In this document: positions 26,766-39,110 of the stretch, one piece after another
Numbering within the stretch: position 1 is the first letter of the stretch
How the letters are laid out: every line of letters starts with the position of its first letter
Assembly (NCBI RefSeq): GCF_018350175.1
Contig: NC_058368.1
Span: 163,496,001 to 163,560,000, forward strand
Reading direction: 5' to 3'
DNA from: Felis catus
Taxonomy: Eukaryota
Length of the DNA stretch: 64,000 nt
Notes under the pieces: model-generated
Told to the model about the DNA's origin: nothing
Databases searched by the model: none
Seen by the model: the letters and a program-made list of their open reading frames with translations, nothing else
Program-made: the position numbers and the translations under genes

Positions 26766-27221
26766 AAAGATTCATAGGGATAATTGGACATTTCCTCTGG
26801 GACATATCTTCAAAACTATTTTTTCTTTATGTTTTCCTTTATGCTTTGGACTAAAGTGATATAATTTCTACTATCACAAAATTTTACAAAGCCTTTAAAA
26901 TTTTTTTTATTCTTTTTAATTAAATATTACTTGAAGAACTTCTTGATACAGTAGGTTATTTTTTGGCCTCTCTAGTCCCTGAAGCATTTTTGTTCCATAT
27001 TTACTTCATGGTGTGGAACTAAAACAATCATATAGTATGTTTGACATATTTTCAGAGTACTCAGGTTACAGATGAGTAATTTCATTACTTACTATGAGGT
27101 AAACTAAGATGCAGTAGTACATTTTTAGGCATTTATAAAATTTGATATGTTGTAATAAGACTAGAACATTGTGAATCCCAATTCAAATGTAACTTTAAAG
27201 TTTACAATTTATTTTAAATAG

Positions 27222-27343
27222 CAAACAGTTTGTGGTTTTGATTTGTTACGGGCCAATGGACAGTCCTATGTCTGTGATGTCAATGGCTTCAGTTTTGTGA
27301 AAAATTCCATGAAGTATTATGATGATTGTGCAAAAATACTTGG
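27222..27343 (+). CDS. PPIP5K2: PPIP5K2 exon 9, c.907-1028 ([41 protein letters not shown])
   Basis: aaatag| acceptor; TGG|GTAAGA donor. Codon 321 (GAT, 27276-27278) is the kinase catalytic Asp. Confidence 0.97.
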
Positions 27344-27588
27344 GTAAGAATTTTTTATCTTTTTCTTCTATACCTTTGTTATAGCTAATGCATAGTAGGC
27401 ATTCAGAAACCAAATAATTGTAAATGCATCAAACGATCAGAATCTTGTAAGCACTCTAGAGTAAAAACAAATGTTCACAAAATGACATCTCCAAAGAACC
27501 ATGACAAATCTTGAATTATACTTCAGGATATCAAAGGCGGATTAATTTAGGGCCAATATAGATGAAGTTTTAAAGATACTTAACTTCA

Positions 27589-27803
27589 GGGGCGCCTGGG
27601 TGGCGCAGTCGGTTAAGCGTCCGACTTCAGCCAGGTCACGATCTCGCGGTCCAGGAGTTCGAGCCCCGCGTCAGGCTCTGGGCTGATGGCTCAGAGCCTG
27701 GAGCCTGTTTCCGATTCTGTGTCTCCCTCTCTCTCTGCCCCTCCCCCGTTCATGCTCTGTCTCTCTCTGTCCCAAAAATAAATAAACGTTGAAAAAAAAA
27801 AAA
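27589..27803 (+). mobile_element. Young SINEC_Fc-like SINE
   Basis: CpG-intact consensus-like body; perfect TSD tttaaagatacttaacttca. Confidence 0.96.
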
Positions 27804-28241
27804 TTTAAAGATACTTAACTTCATAGATTCACAAATATATACCGTGATTATTATAGTGATTGTTAGTCAAAACAGCTAATTTGTTAGGTTACTTTGTCCC
27901 TCAAGATTTTGATACATAATTGAAAAGGTTTAATTCTCTTACTTTAAGGTACAAAATGAATATTCATGAAATAAGTAACCAGGGTAAAATAGAAATATTT
28001 GGAATTCAGGGTTCTTTTGAATGATACTGCTTTCTACAAGCATATGTCAGTTAAAGATAATCCCATGAGATTATTAGTGAATCCAAAAGAAAGTACTGCA
28101 TGTAGAAATGCCATTTTTATATTCTTTGACCTATTTTCTTATACTTTGATTTAGAAGATTCATAAGACAAATATTTTTGAACCATTTCAAAGTATATATG
28201 ACAGAGCCATAAGAAACTTACATTTTAAAATGTGTTGTCAT

Positions 28242-28510
28242 GGGGCACTTGGGTGGCTCAGTCAGTTGAGCATCTCACTCTTGATTTCAGTTTAGGTCAA
28301 GATCCCAGGTTGGTGGGATCAAGCCTCATGTGATGCTTAGCTTGGAGTCTCCTTAGGATATTCTCTCTCTCTCTCTCTCTCTCTCCCTCTCCCTCTCCCT
28401 CTCCCTCACCCTCCCTCCCTCCCTCCCTCCCTCCCTCCTTCCCTCTCTCCTTCTGCCCCTTTCACCCACTCATCCATGCACTCTCTCTCCCTCACTGTGT
28501 CTTTCTCAAA

Positions 28511-28545
<35 letters not shown>

Positions 28546-28546
28546 A
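28242..28546 (+). mobile_element. CanSINE with long CT/CCCT tract and (TAAA)n tail
   Basis: Head ggggcacttgggtggctcagtcag; degenerate TSD aaatgtRttgtc. Confidence 0.88.
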
Positions 28547-29156
28547 TGTATTGTCCTAATTGGAGTCAGCTTTTATAGAATATTTTAAAGATTGGTGAAC
28601 TTAACCCTTAAGGTGAAATTTAGGGGAGCTCACTAAATTTTAGCATGAATAAGTACTAAATTTAAGCAAAACAAAAAATGTTTTATAATTACTTAACATG
28701 TTTTCTGTTTTTAACCCTATTAGTAAAGTATAATAGAAATTTATTAAAAAAGAGCCACAGTATTTAGAGTAACTTCAAAAGTGATCAATAAACTTGTAAG
28801 AAATGATCCGTACCCATAAAGAAGAGCCAATCTTGATTTTCAGATTGTATCTATAAGTGCATATGATGCAGCTTTAGTGATTTATTTGAATCCAATGTGA
28901 CTTATATTTTAAAACTAACGTAAATAATTAATAATTCCAAATTCATGGCATCTCTTTAGGGTGTTCTTATATACCAGTTTAGAACTGCTAATCTAATTTT
29001 TCTTTATCAGGATTGAGTCTTTGAGTTAATTTTTGTGTGCTGTAATCACAGAATCACTAGTTTGACTTTAATTTCATTGATTATATCATTAGTCATTAAG
29101 TACTGAGGTTTGCCTTAAAATAAATTAATTCTTAGCTTTTTATTTTTGTATCAAAG

Positions 29157-29258
29157 CAATATTGTAATGCGAGAGCTTGCTCCACAATTTCATATCCCCT
29201 GGTCAATACCCTTAGAAGCTGAAGATATCCCAATTGTACCAACTACATCTGGAACTAT
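29157..29258 (+). CDS. PPIP5K2: PPIP5K2 exon 10, c.1029-1130 ([34 protein letters not shown])
   Basis: tatcaaag| acceptor; TAT|GTAAGT donor. Confidence 0.95.
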
Positions 29259-30391
29259 GTAAGTTTGAATATTTTCATTTAGAAATTCCTTGGGTTTTGT
29301 ACATCAGTCTCTGCTATTACAATAAAGATTAAATTTCTAAATGATCATTGGACACTTTACTCTGTATGTTTTCATATAATTCACTTTGCAGATGGAAAAA
29401 TAGACTATATGCTTTTGCAAGGGTCCACCTAGACTAAAACTCTTTTGTATTGTTAAAAATAAAATCTGAAAAAAAATTAAATAAAATCCTGAAAAATGCT
29501 TGTATAACTATAGAACTATTGAATTAAGTCACAAAAATAAAGGAGGTACCAACAGGTATGTCACTTAAAGGTTCATAGTCAGTGGCTGTACAGCTTTTAT
29601 TCTCTTATTGTATAAAGAAAAAATACACAGTTTTATCTTGAGGTAAATTAATTAGACCAGTATTGCGAAAGTGTTTTATAATATTCTAGTGAAAATTACT
29701 GCTTGAAACTCACCTGCTACTCAGGTGGGTTGACCAAATGCTTCATATTTACAAGTTAGACATTTACATTAGCATGTTAAATATTCTGCGAAGGGCTGGT
29801 TGGGATGGAGAAACACAAATATTTAATTTTGTTTTAAACCAGTATTCTCAAACTATTTAACATAAAAATTTTTAGGTAACTTATTAAAATCCTGCAGGGT
29901 TGTGTTCTGTGGCCTGTAGTTTGGCAAACACTAAATTATACCCTAGCATTCTTTCTAAGACAGTTTTATCTTCTAGTAATTTAAGTTTGAAGTACTTGTT
30001 CTTCTTACAAGGGCAAAATAAATATAGCAGCTATCAAGTAAAGCTTTATTTTGCTTTGATTTAATGAAATCTCAGTCTGTAATAATCTCTGCTACAGACC
30101 AAGTATTTTATGAAGTTCCGGGATTGTCATTCGTTTACTTTTATTCCAAAGTTAGCATAGTCATCTCTAGAGAAGAAGCTGATATATAGCTTAATATTAC
30201 TCCCCCTCCAGCTTCGTAAAATCTTTTTAAGATTGGATTTGATAAAATTGACTAGTTGTTACAAGTACTATCTTCGTAGGAAACTTTTTGAAATGGTGTA
30301 AGATAGCTCTAAAGAAATGAGATGTTGTGTGAGTCTGAATTCTATAACACAGATCTTTGTTAGAAAATTGAGAACTTTTATTTTATTTTAG

Positions 30392-30478
30392 GATGGAACT
30401 CAGATGTGTCATAGCTGTAATACGTCATGGGGATCGAACACCAAAACAAAAAATGAAAATGGAAGTGAGGCATCAAAA
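30392..30478 (+). CDS. PPIP5K2: PPIP5K2 exon 11, c.1131-1217 ([29 protein letters not shown])
   Basis: attttag| acceptor; AAA|GTATGT donor. RHGxRxP motif at 30423-30443 (Arg = codon 388). Confidence 0.97.
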
Positions 30479-31215
30479 GTATGTTTTAAGGGAAATAATT
30501 TAACACTTAGGAGATAATTTAAGATTTCTGATAGGTGATTAGCTATTTTGATTAATACATCATACAGGAAAACTGTTTTCCCATTTCTTGGCCATTAATT
30601 TAAACCACTGGATGGAGACAAAATCCATTTAAAGTAATTGTATATATTAGCATCTGAAAATTATGATGGCAATATCCATAAATTATCATTCATCTGACCT
30701 AACTTTCGTTTATTGTAAAAGTGTAAACATCCTAAGATGTTAAATCTTGGTTTGTTATTCTCTCACATTGCTTTCTCTGAGTCCTTTAACCTCTCAACCT
30801 TGTAGAAAAAACTTGGTAGAATAAAAGTTTGTTATTTCTATTCACTATTTGATTTGGAAATAATAAAAATTTAAAACTTGAGCCAATAAATATGTGTTGA
30901 AACATTTTTTATATGTATATGTATGCATTGACTTCAGAGAATATAATATGCAGTTTTACAATCATATATTCAGTTTCCATCATGAGAAAACTTTTAAAAA
31001 TAATCTATAGTGATTATTAGCTTGCCGTGGTTAGGAGAATACCAAGTTTTGTCACTGACAGTAGATGAGCAACCTTCTATAGTGAAAGAAGACATACAGT
31101 ATTTGAAATCCATAGACCAAGTCCCATGTCTTCATTTATAATTGATTTATGTTAAGTATATGGTGGTAATAGTAATTATTGCAAAGGACTAACTGTGCTC
31201 TTTTGTTTTAATAAG

Positions 31216-31291
31216 ATTTTTCGATCTTTTTGAAAAGTGTGATGGATATAAATCTGGGAAATTAAAACTCAAAAAGCCAAAACAATTACAG
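31216..31291 (+). CDS. PPIP5K2: PPIP5K2 exon 12, c.1218-1293 ([25 protein letters not shown])
   Basis: aataag| acceptor; non-canonical donor CAG|GCAAGT. Confidence 0.94.
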
Positions 31292-31372
31292 GCAAGTGCA
31301 TTTGACTGCTTGTTGGTTATAAATTGCTAATGGCAAAGTAACATAAAAATTCAGTTCTTTATTATTTTATAG

Positions 31373-31482
31373 GAAGTGCTGGACATTGCCCGACAACTTC
31401 TTATGGAGCTGGGGCAAAATAATGATTCTGAAATTGAAGAAAACAAGTCAAAACTTGAACAACTTAAGACCGTATTAGAAAT
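31373..31482 (+). CDS. PPIP5K2: PPIP5K2 exon 13, c.1294-1403 ([14 protein letters not shown]...KTVLEM)
   Basis: ttttatag| acceptor; AAT|GTGAGA donor. Confidence 0.96.
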
Positions 31483-32196
31483 GTGAGAATATTTTTGAAA
31501 CCCTTAATTTTGATAACTAAATTTGATAACAGTGTTCTTTTATAATGTATGACTTTCTATGTTAAGTTGCCTTCACAGTTTGATCGTTTTCCACTTTAGT
31601 GCTGAAGCTGAAGAGAAATTAGCGAAAGTTTAGTGAGGCTTTTATTTGCACCAGTGAGAAAACAGATTGTTGTGTTGAAGTTTCTTGTTTTAGTTTTACT
31701 TTTAATTTTGATGAGAAACATTTGGATCTTTTATGAAGTACCACTTAGGATGAAAGCAACATGGCTAACTTGAGCACAGATTAAATGTTGTTTAAGTAAA
31801 AAACAATTTTGAACTATGCTTTAGTCAAGTGAAATTGATAACACCAGTATTACTATCGGAAGCTTTACATTTGGCCACCTAGAATCGTATTTCCTTAATT
31901 TTTTAAATGCCCATACATTTCTGTTTTATATATTTCTATACTTTGTCATCTCTTCAAATGTCTAACTTTTGTAGAGAAACTTTTTTGTGTTTTCCTTTCT
32001 AATGTGATTAGAATGACTACTTATGGTACAGACATTCTGCTACAGTATTTTAAAGAATTCAACAATTAATTAAAAATAGAGGAGGCAGTAATATGTAGAT
32101 TTAATTTTTCTCTAGATGGATTTTAGTTTCTCTTTAAGAGGTTTCATTGAACACTTACTGAAAATTGTTCATTCCGCTTGCCATTTTGTTTTTCAG

Positions 32197-32282
32197 GTAT
32201 GGCCATTTTTCTGGAATAAATCGTAAAGTCCAACTAACTTACCTCCCTCATGGTTGTCCTAAAACATCTAGTGAAGAGGAAG
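32197..32282 (+). CDS. PPIP5K2: PPIP5K2 exon 14, c.1404-1489 ([28 protein letters not shown])
   Basis: tttttcag| acceptor; AAG|GTATAT donor. Confidence 0.96.
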
Positions 32283-32457
32283 GTATATCACTATTAATGC
32301 CTATTGTGTTTTAATTATATGTAGAGACTTATTACTCATTGTACTGCCTTTGGACCCTCTCCTTTGTAACAGTTAAGGAGCTGACATGCTGAATAAAGGA
32401 AAATTAAAGTGGAGTTTTGTCAACTTTGCTTTCTATCCTTGAAATAGAGGATAGGTT

Positions 32458-32690
32458 GGGCCTCCTGGGTGGCTCAGTTAAGCGTCTGATTTAGGCTCAG
32501 GTCATGATCTCACGTGTTGTGAGTTCGAGCCCCACATCAGGCTCTGTGCTGACAGCTCAGAGTTTGGAGCCACTTCAGATACCTGTGTCTCCCTGTCTCT
32601 GCCCCTCCCCTGCTCACATGCTGTCTCTCTCTCTCTCTCAAAAATAAATAAAAACATTAAAAAAAAATTTTTTTTAATAATAAATAAATA
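32458..32690 (+). mobile_element. CanSINE
   Basis: SINEC body and A tail. Confidence 0.9.
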
Positions 32691-33031
32691 AAGGATAGTT
32701 TACCCTTTAAGGAAAGGATCTATTTTATTTTAAAAACTGTAGGACTCCCCATTTACTCTGGGGTTGTTTCAGAAACCTTATTTATAACTAAATGTTACTT
32801 AATCGGTCCCTTTCTTCCTCTTTTGGTAGAAGAGGGCAGAGTATTCAGGAAGAAAGCTCAAAAAGTACAAAAAGACTATTTGAAAGAATACACAATAATC
32901 ATGTTTCTAATTAGTTAATTTCCTCCACCAATTAAGTCTGAATAAAGCATTTAAATAAGGTCATTCTCCTAAAAGCAGTCAGCATAAAACTCCAAAAATT
33001 CATTTACGTTTTAAAATAAAAATGGGCAGAC

Positions 33032-33202
33032 GGTGCCTGGTTGACCTGGTTGGGTCAATTGAGCATCCGACTTAGGCTCAGGTTATGATCTCATAGTTTG
33101 TGGGTTTGGCCCCGCATTGGGCCCTGCGCTGACAGCTCAGAGCCTGCAGCCCACTTTGGATTCTTTGTCTCCCTTTCTCTCTATCCCTCCCCTGCTTGTG
33201 CT

Positions 33203-33273
<71 letters not shown>

Positions 33274-33348
33274 CCCCCCTCCCTCCCTCCCTCCACCACT
33301 CTCTCTCTGTCTCAAAAATAAATAAATAAGCATTAAAAAAATAATAAT
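33032..33348 (+). mobile_element. CanSINE with expanded (CT)n (~33206-33270)
   Basis: SINEC body; TSD aatgggcaga. Confidence 0.9.
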
Positions 33349-33601
33349 AATGGGCAGAAATTGTAGAAACCATTTCATGAAGAAATGTAGATGCCCAATA
33401 AAACAGTTATAATAATAGTAATAATTACTTTTGCTTATCTCACTAGCAGAGTGTTTTCTTATTATTTTGTCAAATCATTATTAAAGAATGTTGATGAGAA
33501 TATAGTATGAGTGGATTTCAGTCTGTTGGTAGGAGTATAAATTGATGTAGCCCTTTGAAAGGTAATTTGGCAATATAAGAAACTTCAAATATGCTTTTAC
33601 C

Positions 33602-33650
33602 TTTTTTTTAAGTTCATTTACTTATTTTGACAGTGTGTAAGAGGGGGAGG

Positions 33651-33696
<46 letters not shown>

Positions 33697-33820
33697 CCCA
33701 AGCAGGCTCTGCACTGACAGTGCTGAGCCCCGTGTGGAGCTCAAACTCACAAATCATGAGATCATGACCTAAGCCAAAATCAAGAGTCTGATGCTTAACC
33801 AACTGAGCCACCCAGTCATC
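33602..33820 (-). mobile_element. CanSINE with (GA)n
   Basis: Reverse-complement SINEC body ending ctgagccacccag. Confidence 0.9.
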
Positions 33821-34406
33821 TCTCATATCTTAATTCTACTTATCAGGATTTATCCCAAGGAAGTGATCAAATATTCAGGGAAAGATTGGCCTGTGGAGAT
33901 ATCCAAAATGGCATTATTTATAGTGGCATAAATTGAAGTAGTGATTATCTTAAATGTGAACACAAGTTTGTTTATATTGATCTTCATATATTTATTTTAA
34001 AATTTGACATTGCTACTGTGTCACACTTTGTGATTGGTAGCAATACAGATTAATTTCCTATACTTTAATGTTTGTAATCAAAAATATTCTGTATATAACT
34101 ATGATTGACAAAGTCTGTTAATTAATTGTCCTTCCATAAATTAATATTAGCCTGCATGATAAAGCACACACAACTACAAGGTACTACCCCTGGCACAAAG
34201 TTGATTCCTATCACTTTTCATGAACCATCATTAAGTATTTTAGCACTTATATTGCTCATTTTTAAATTACCTCTTTTCTGTAGCCTAATGCAGATCTTAG
34301 GACATAAAGAGCAGATAAATTAGGTACAGAAATTCATTCGCTTGTGGAATATCTGAGAAAAAACTTTGGTCGGGTACAGAAAAAGATTACACAATTCCAA
34401 ATTTAA

Positions 34407-34600
34407 TTTTTTTGTTTTAACGTTTATTTATTTTTGAGACAGAGACAGAGCATGAACAGGGGAGGGGCAGAGAGAGAGAGGGAGACACAGAATCTGAAAC
34501 AGGCTCCAGGCTCTGAACTGTCAGCACAGAGCCCGATGCGGGGCTCGAACTCACGAACCATGAGATCATGACCTGAGCCAAAGTTGGATGCTTAACCGAC
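34407..34600 (-). mobile_element. CanSINE, slightly 5'-truncated
   Basis: TSD cacaattccaaatttaa at 34390-34406 and 34601-34617. Confidence 0.93.
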
Positions 34601-35188
34601 CACAATTCCAAATTTAAAAAGCTGCTCTTGGCTACATTTTATTGTATATCTCATTCATAAGTTTAAATTACAGTAAGTTTTAGGCTCTCTCACATCTATC
34701 AAAAAATTATGCAAATCACTGATTCCTCTTTGTAAAAATGTAATACATCTTCACTTCGGCTAACATTACCTTTTATGCGAGCCTCTTGATATAAAGACAA
34801 GATCTCGATCCTGTGGTGAAGGAGCTCTTAATGTAACAGCTGGGACAACTAAATTAAATATATTGGACAAGTACTATTGCTGTCATATCACTATGAGAGC
34901 AGGGAAGGTGGAAATATCATTTGCTTTCAGAAAACTGGGAAAGAGCCTTCTTCCTAAAGTGAGGAAGAGATTATGAAATTAGAGTAAGATTTTAACAGGT
35001 AGAGCAAGGGTTGTTCCCTACAGAATCAAAAGCATACAAAGATAGGTATGTTCAAAGGAACAAAATAATTTACATAAAAGCTATTTTCTGCTACGGAAGA
35101 GAAAATAAAAAATTAATCTTGAAACACGCCTCTTTAAAAGAAACAAACTTGACATTTATTTGCTTTTATTCATTAACATATATCTTAG

Positions 35189-35314
35189 ACAGCCGAAGAG
35201 AAGAACCATCCTTACTTTTGGTTTTAAAATGGGGAGGAGAACTAACTCCTGCAGGCAGGGTCCAGGCCGAAGAACTTGGAAGAGCTTTCAGGTGTATGTA
35301 TCCTGGAGGTCAAG
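35189..35314 (+). CDS. PPIP5K2: PPIP5K2 exon 15, c.1490-1615 ([23 protein letters not shown]...YPGGQG)
   Basis: atcttag| acceptor; AAG|GTAAAT donor. Confidence 0.96.
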
Positions 35315-35456
35315 GTAAATCTTGGAGTTTCTTTAATTTGGTTAAGTTTATACATTGTTTTTTCAAATCTTCACTTATTTTGAGATGTTACTAAATATTT
35401 ATAGAAATACACTGAGACAAAAATATAGCTTAAGTGATTTGAGTATTTATTTTCAG

Positions 35457-35578
35457 GAGATTATGCAGGATTTCCTGGTTGTGGTTTACTTAGATTACAT
35501 AGTACTTACCGACATGACCTCAAAATATATGCCTCTGATGAAGGACGAGTCCAGATGACTGCAGCTGCTTTTGCAAAG
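35457..35578 (+). CDS. PPIP5K2: PPIP5K2 exon 16, c.1616-1737 ([40 protein letters not shown])
   Basis: ttttcag| acceptor; AAG|GTATAA donor. Confidence 0.96.
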
Positions 35579-35851
35579 GTATAAATAAATGTTTTTCAGA
35601 ATTACTAGAAATTTCATCTAATACCACATTTTAAAAGATTTTTGCTAAGGCAATATTTAAACATTCCAAATTTGAAATTTCCAGCTCAAGCCCTGAAATT
35701 GTGATAGGTTGTATTATTAATAAAGTTTATTCATTGCAAATAGTTAGCTTATTCCTTATGAAATTCAGCATGTAACAAAATAATTATGATACTTTTCATT
35801 AATTTGCATACTAATTTTTGAATTTGTGTTGGCTTTATTTAATATGTTTAG

Positions 35852-36034
35852 GGGCTCTTAGCCCTAGAAGGAGAGCTTACACCCATTCTTGTTCAGATGG
35901 TAAAAAGTGCGAATATGAATGGTCTTTTGGATAGTGATAGTGACTCTTTGAGCAGTTGCCAGCAACGTGTGAAAGCAAGACTTCATGAAATACTTCAGAA
36001 AGATAGAGATTTTACGGCTGAAGATTATGAAAAG
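35852..36034 (+). CDS. PPIP5K2: PPIP5K2 exon 17, c.1738-1920 ([19 protein letters not shown]...AEDYEK)
   Basis: tgtttag| acceptor; AAG|GTGGGT donor. Confidence 0.96.
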
Positions 36035-36187
36035 GTGGGTCTTAGCAAACTCTTCTACATTGTGAAATATGCACACACATATAAAAGTATATAAAAACAA
36101 AACTTATAACAAACATAACAAAACTTATAACAAAAAGTATATAAAACAAAAACTTAGAGCCTATTGTATTATAAAGCAGTACTCCTA

Positions 36188-36400
36188 AGGGCGCCTGGGT
36201 GGCTCAGTCGGTTAAGCGCCTGACTTCGGCTCAGGTTGATCTCACAGTTCATGGCTTCTAGCCCGGTGTCAGGCTCTGTGCTGATGGCTCAGAGCCTGGA
36301 GCCTGCTTAGGATTCTTTGTCTCCCTCTCTTTCTGTCCCTGTCCTGCTCATGCTGCCTCTCTCTCTGTGTCAAAAATAAACATTAAATTTTTTTTTTTAA
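36188..36400 (+). mobile_element. CanSINE
   Basis: SINEC body; degenerate TSD ataaagca..tactccta. Confidence 0.92.
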
Positions 36401-36759
36401 ATAAAGCAAATACTCCTATAGTCCCCATCCAGATGGAGAAATAGAACATTGAGACACCTCTGATGCCTTTGTGCCCCTTCTCAATTGCAACTCCTTCCCA
36501 ATCTCCTAGAAATAATTACTATCCTGACTTAATAGTGCTCTTTTTTATAGTCTTCTTATATCAAGAATACTTATTTGGGTAAGTAATCATCCCTAACTAC
36601 TATGGTCTCAGTTTTGGCTGTTTTCTAAGTTTCTTACATTAGATTAGGTTTTCTTTTATGTTTGGCTTCTTGTGCCCTATGTCGTGTTTGTGACATTTAT
36701 CTGTATTTTTGAGAATTTCCATAGTTAACTAATAATCGGTTCTATGTAGTACTTTATTT

Positions 36760-37165
36760 CAGGGACTAACAAACTTTTTCTGTAGAAGACCAGATAGTAA
36801 ATTTTAGGCTTTGCTGGTCACATGTGGTCTCTTGATGCATACTCTTTTTGATTTTTAACCACCTTTAAAAAATACTGGGGCACCTGGGTAGCTTAGTCGG
36901 TTAAGTGACCGTCTCTTGATTTGGACTCAGGTCATGGTTCATGAGTTTGAGCCCCACGTCAGACTCCGCACTGACAGTGTGTAGCCCACTTGAGATTCTC
37001 TGTCTCCTTCTCTATGTCTCTCTCTGCCCTCCTGCATATGCACTCTCTGTCAAAAATAAATAAATAAACTTAAAAAAATAAAAACAAAAATGTGAATACC
37101 TTTCTTTGTCCATGGGCTATGCCACAGACCACATTTGGCCTGCAGGCCATAGTTTAATGACCCGT
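36760..37165. mobile_element. MER58-like DNA transposon interrupted by a + strand CanSINE (36877-37085)
   Basis: caaactttttctgtagaagaccagatagtaaattttaggctttg...atttggcctgcaggccatagttt. Confidence 0.75.
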
Positions 37166-38929
37166 ATTCTATTTTATGAACATACCGTAATTGATATATA
37201 CCTTGTATCATTGTTATAGTTTTGGGCTGTTGTGATTAATATTTCTATGAGTGTCCTTGTATGTCTCCCATTGCATATGAGCATACATTCTCGTGGGTAC
37301 ATTCTAGGATTGGAATTGTTGTGACCCACAGTATGCTTATGTTTCAGTATCAGATAATGTCAAACTGTTTTCCAAAGTCATTGAACCAATTTATACTCCC
37401 ACTAGAAGTCCATGAAAATAATCATTGTTCTACATAGTCTCTATTCTTTGCATTCTCCGACTATTCAGTTTTGGCCATTCTGAAGATGGATGTGTAGTAG
37501 TTCAGCGTGGCTTTGATGTTTTTTGACCATTTAGATATCGTCTTTCATGAAGCCTTCTATTAAATCTCTTGTCCTTTATTTCTACCTTTTGTCTGTATTT
37601 TTCTTATTGAGTGGTAGAGGTTCTTTGGATATGTGTTCTCAATACCACCACCTATTCTGAGCCTTTATGATGTCTTTCAGTAAGCAGAGGTTCTTATTTT
37701 TCATGAATTCCAAGTTGAATTTTTTCCTTTATGGTCAGTGCAGTTTTGATGTCGTCTAATTTCTTTCTTTTTTTTTTAATTAGTGAGGTATAATTGACAC
37801 ACAGTGTTGTTTCAGGTGTACAGTATAGTGATTAGACAAATCTATATGTTCTATGCTTTGCTCAGCACCACAAGTCTAGTTACCATCTCTCACCACACAG
37901 TGCTATTACAGTACCACTGACCATATTCCCTATGCTGTACTGTCTGTCCTCATGACTTCAATAACTGGATGCCTCTATCTCCCACTCCCCTTTGTGGTCA
38001 GTGCATTTTAATGTTTCTTTTTCTAACTAGAGGTCATAAAATACTCTTATGTATGATCTTCTGTAAGCTTTACTGTTTTGCCCTTCACATTTATCTGTAA
38101 TCCAGCTAAAATTGACTTTTGTGTGTGCTATAAGGTAAAGATGTCAAACTTAATTTTTGCCAACTGTATATACATCCAAATATACCAATACCACATACCG
38201 AAAGGCTCCCCTTTATAGTATCACTTTATAGTATCATCTTTATAATCTATCTGGTGGTCTATTTCTACACTATATTCTTTTTTCGATCCTGGGCCACTGA
38301 ATAAGATCTCTCAAGTCCTACATGCTTCTTCAAGTTTTTCAGGACTTTTTTTGCATTTCCATATAAATTTTAAAATATGCTGTCAAATATCCTGTTGTTA
38401 TTGATTTAGATGCATCAAATCTAGTTTCTGAAAATTTATCTTAATATATTTTTATGCCATTGTAAATAGTACTTCTAAAAATTTTATTTTGATTGTTGAT
38501 ATGTAGAAATAGCTTTTTAATATTGACTTTATATGCATCAACCTTATTGAACTCATTTGTTAGTTTAATAATATTTCTGTAGATTTTTTGATCCTTTAAA
38601 AGCATACTCACAGGTTTGTTTCTTCCTTTCTGATCCTTATTTGTTTTATTCTTTTTCTTGTTTAACTTCAACAACTAGCACATTCAAAACAATGTTCAAC
38701 AGAAGTGGCATTTATTTTCTTGTCCATGTTCTCAATGAAAGCCTTTAATGCTTGTCCGTTAGGTATGTTTTCTGTACATTTTGTAATAGCTATTCTGTTT
38801 CAAAATAAATTTCACTCTGTCCCTATTTTGCTAAAAGTTTTGTCATGAAAAGTTACCGAATTTCATCATTTTCTTTTCATCTGTTGCATCATATGATTTT
38901 TTGTGATGTAAAGCTATTTTGGCTCTTCT

Positions 38930-39110
38930 GGGGCACCTGGGCGGCTTAGTCAGTTAAGTGTCCAACTTCAGCTCAGGTCGTGATCTCACGGTTCTTGAGT
39001 TCGAGCCCTGCATCAGGCTCTCTGTTGTCAGCACAGAGCCTGCTTTGGATCCTCTGTGCCCCTGTCTCTCTGTCCCTTTCATGCTCCCTTTTTCTTAAAA
39101 GTAAATAAAG
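38930..39110 (+). mobile_element. CanSINE
   Basis: SINEC body; TSD aagctatYttggctc. Confidence 0.9.

Noticed and set aside
33078..33378. ORFs with ERERER/SLSLSL runs (also 2172, 33614, 55369)
   Set aside because: Translations of microsatellites, mostly within SINEs.
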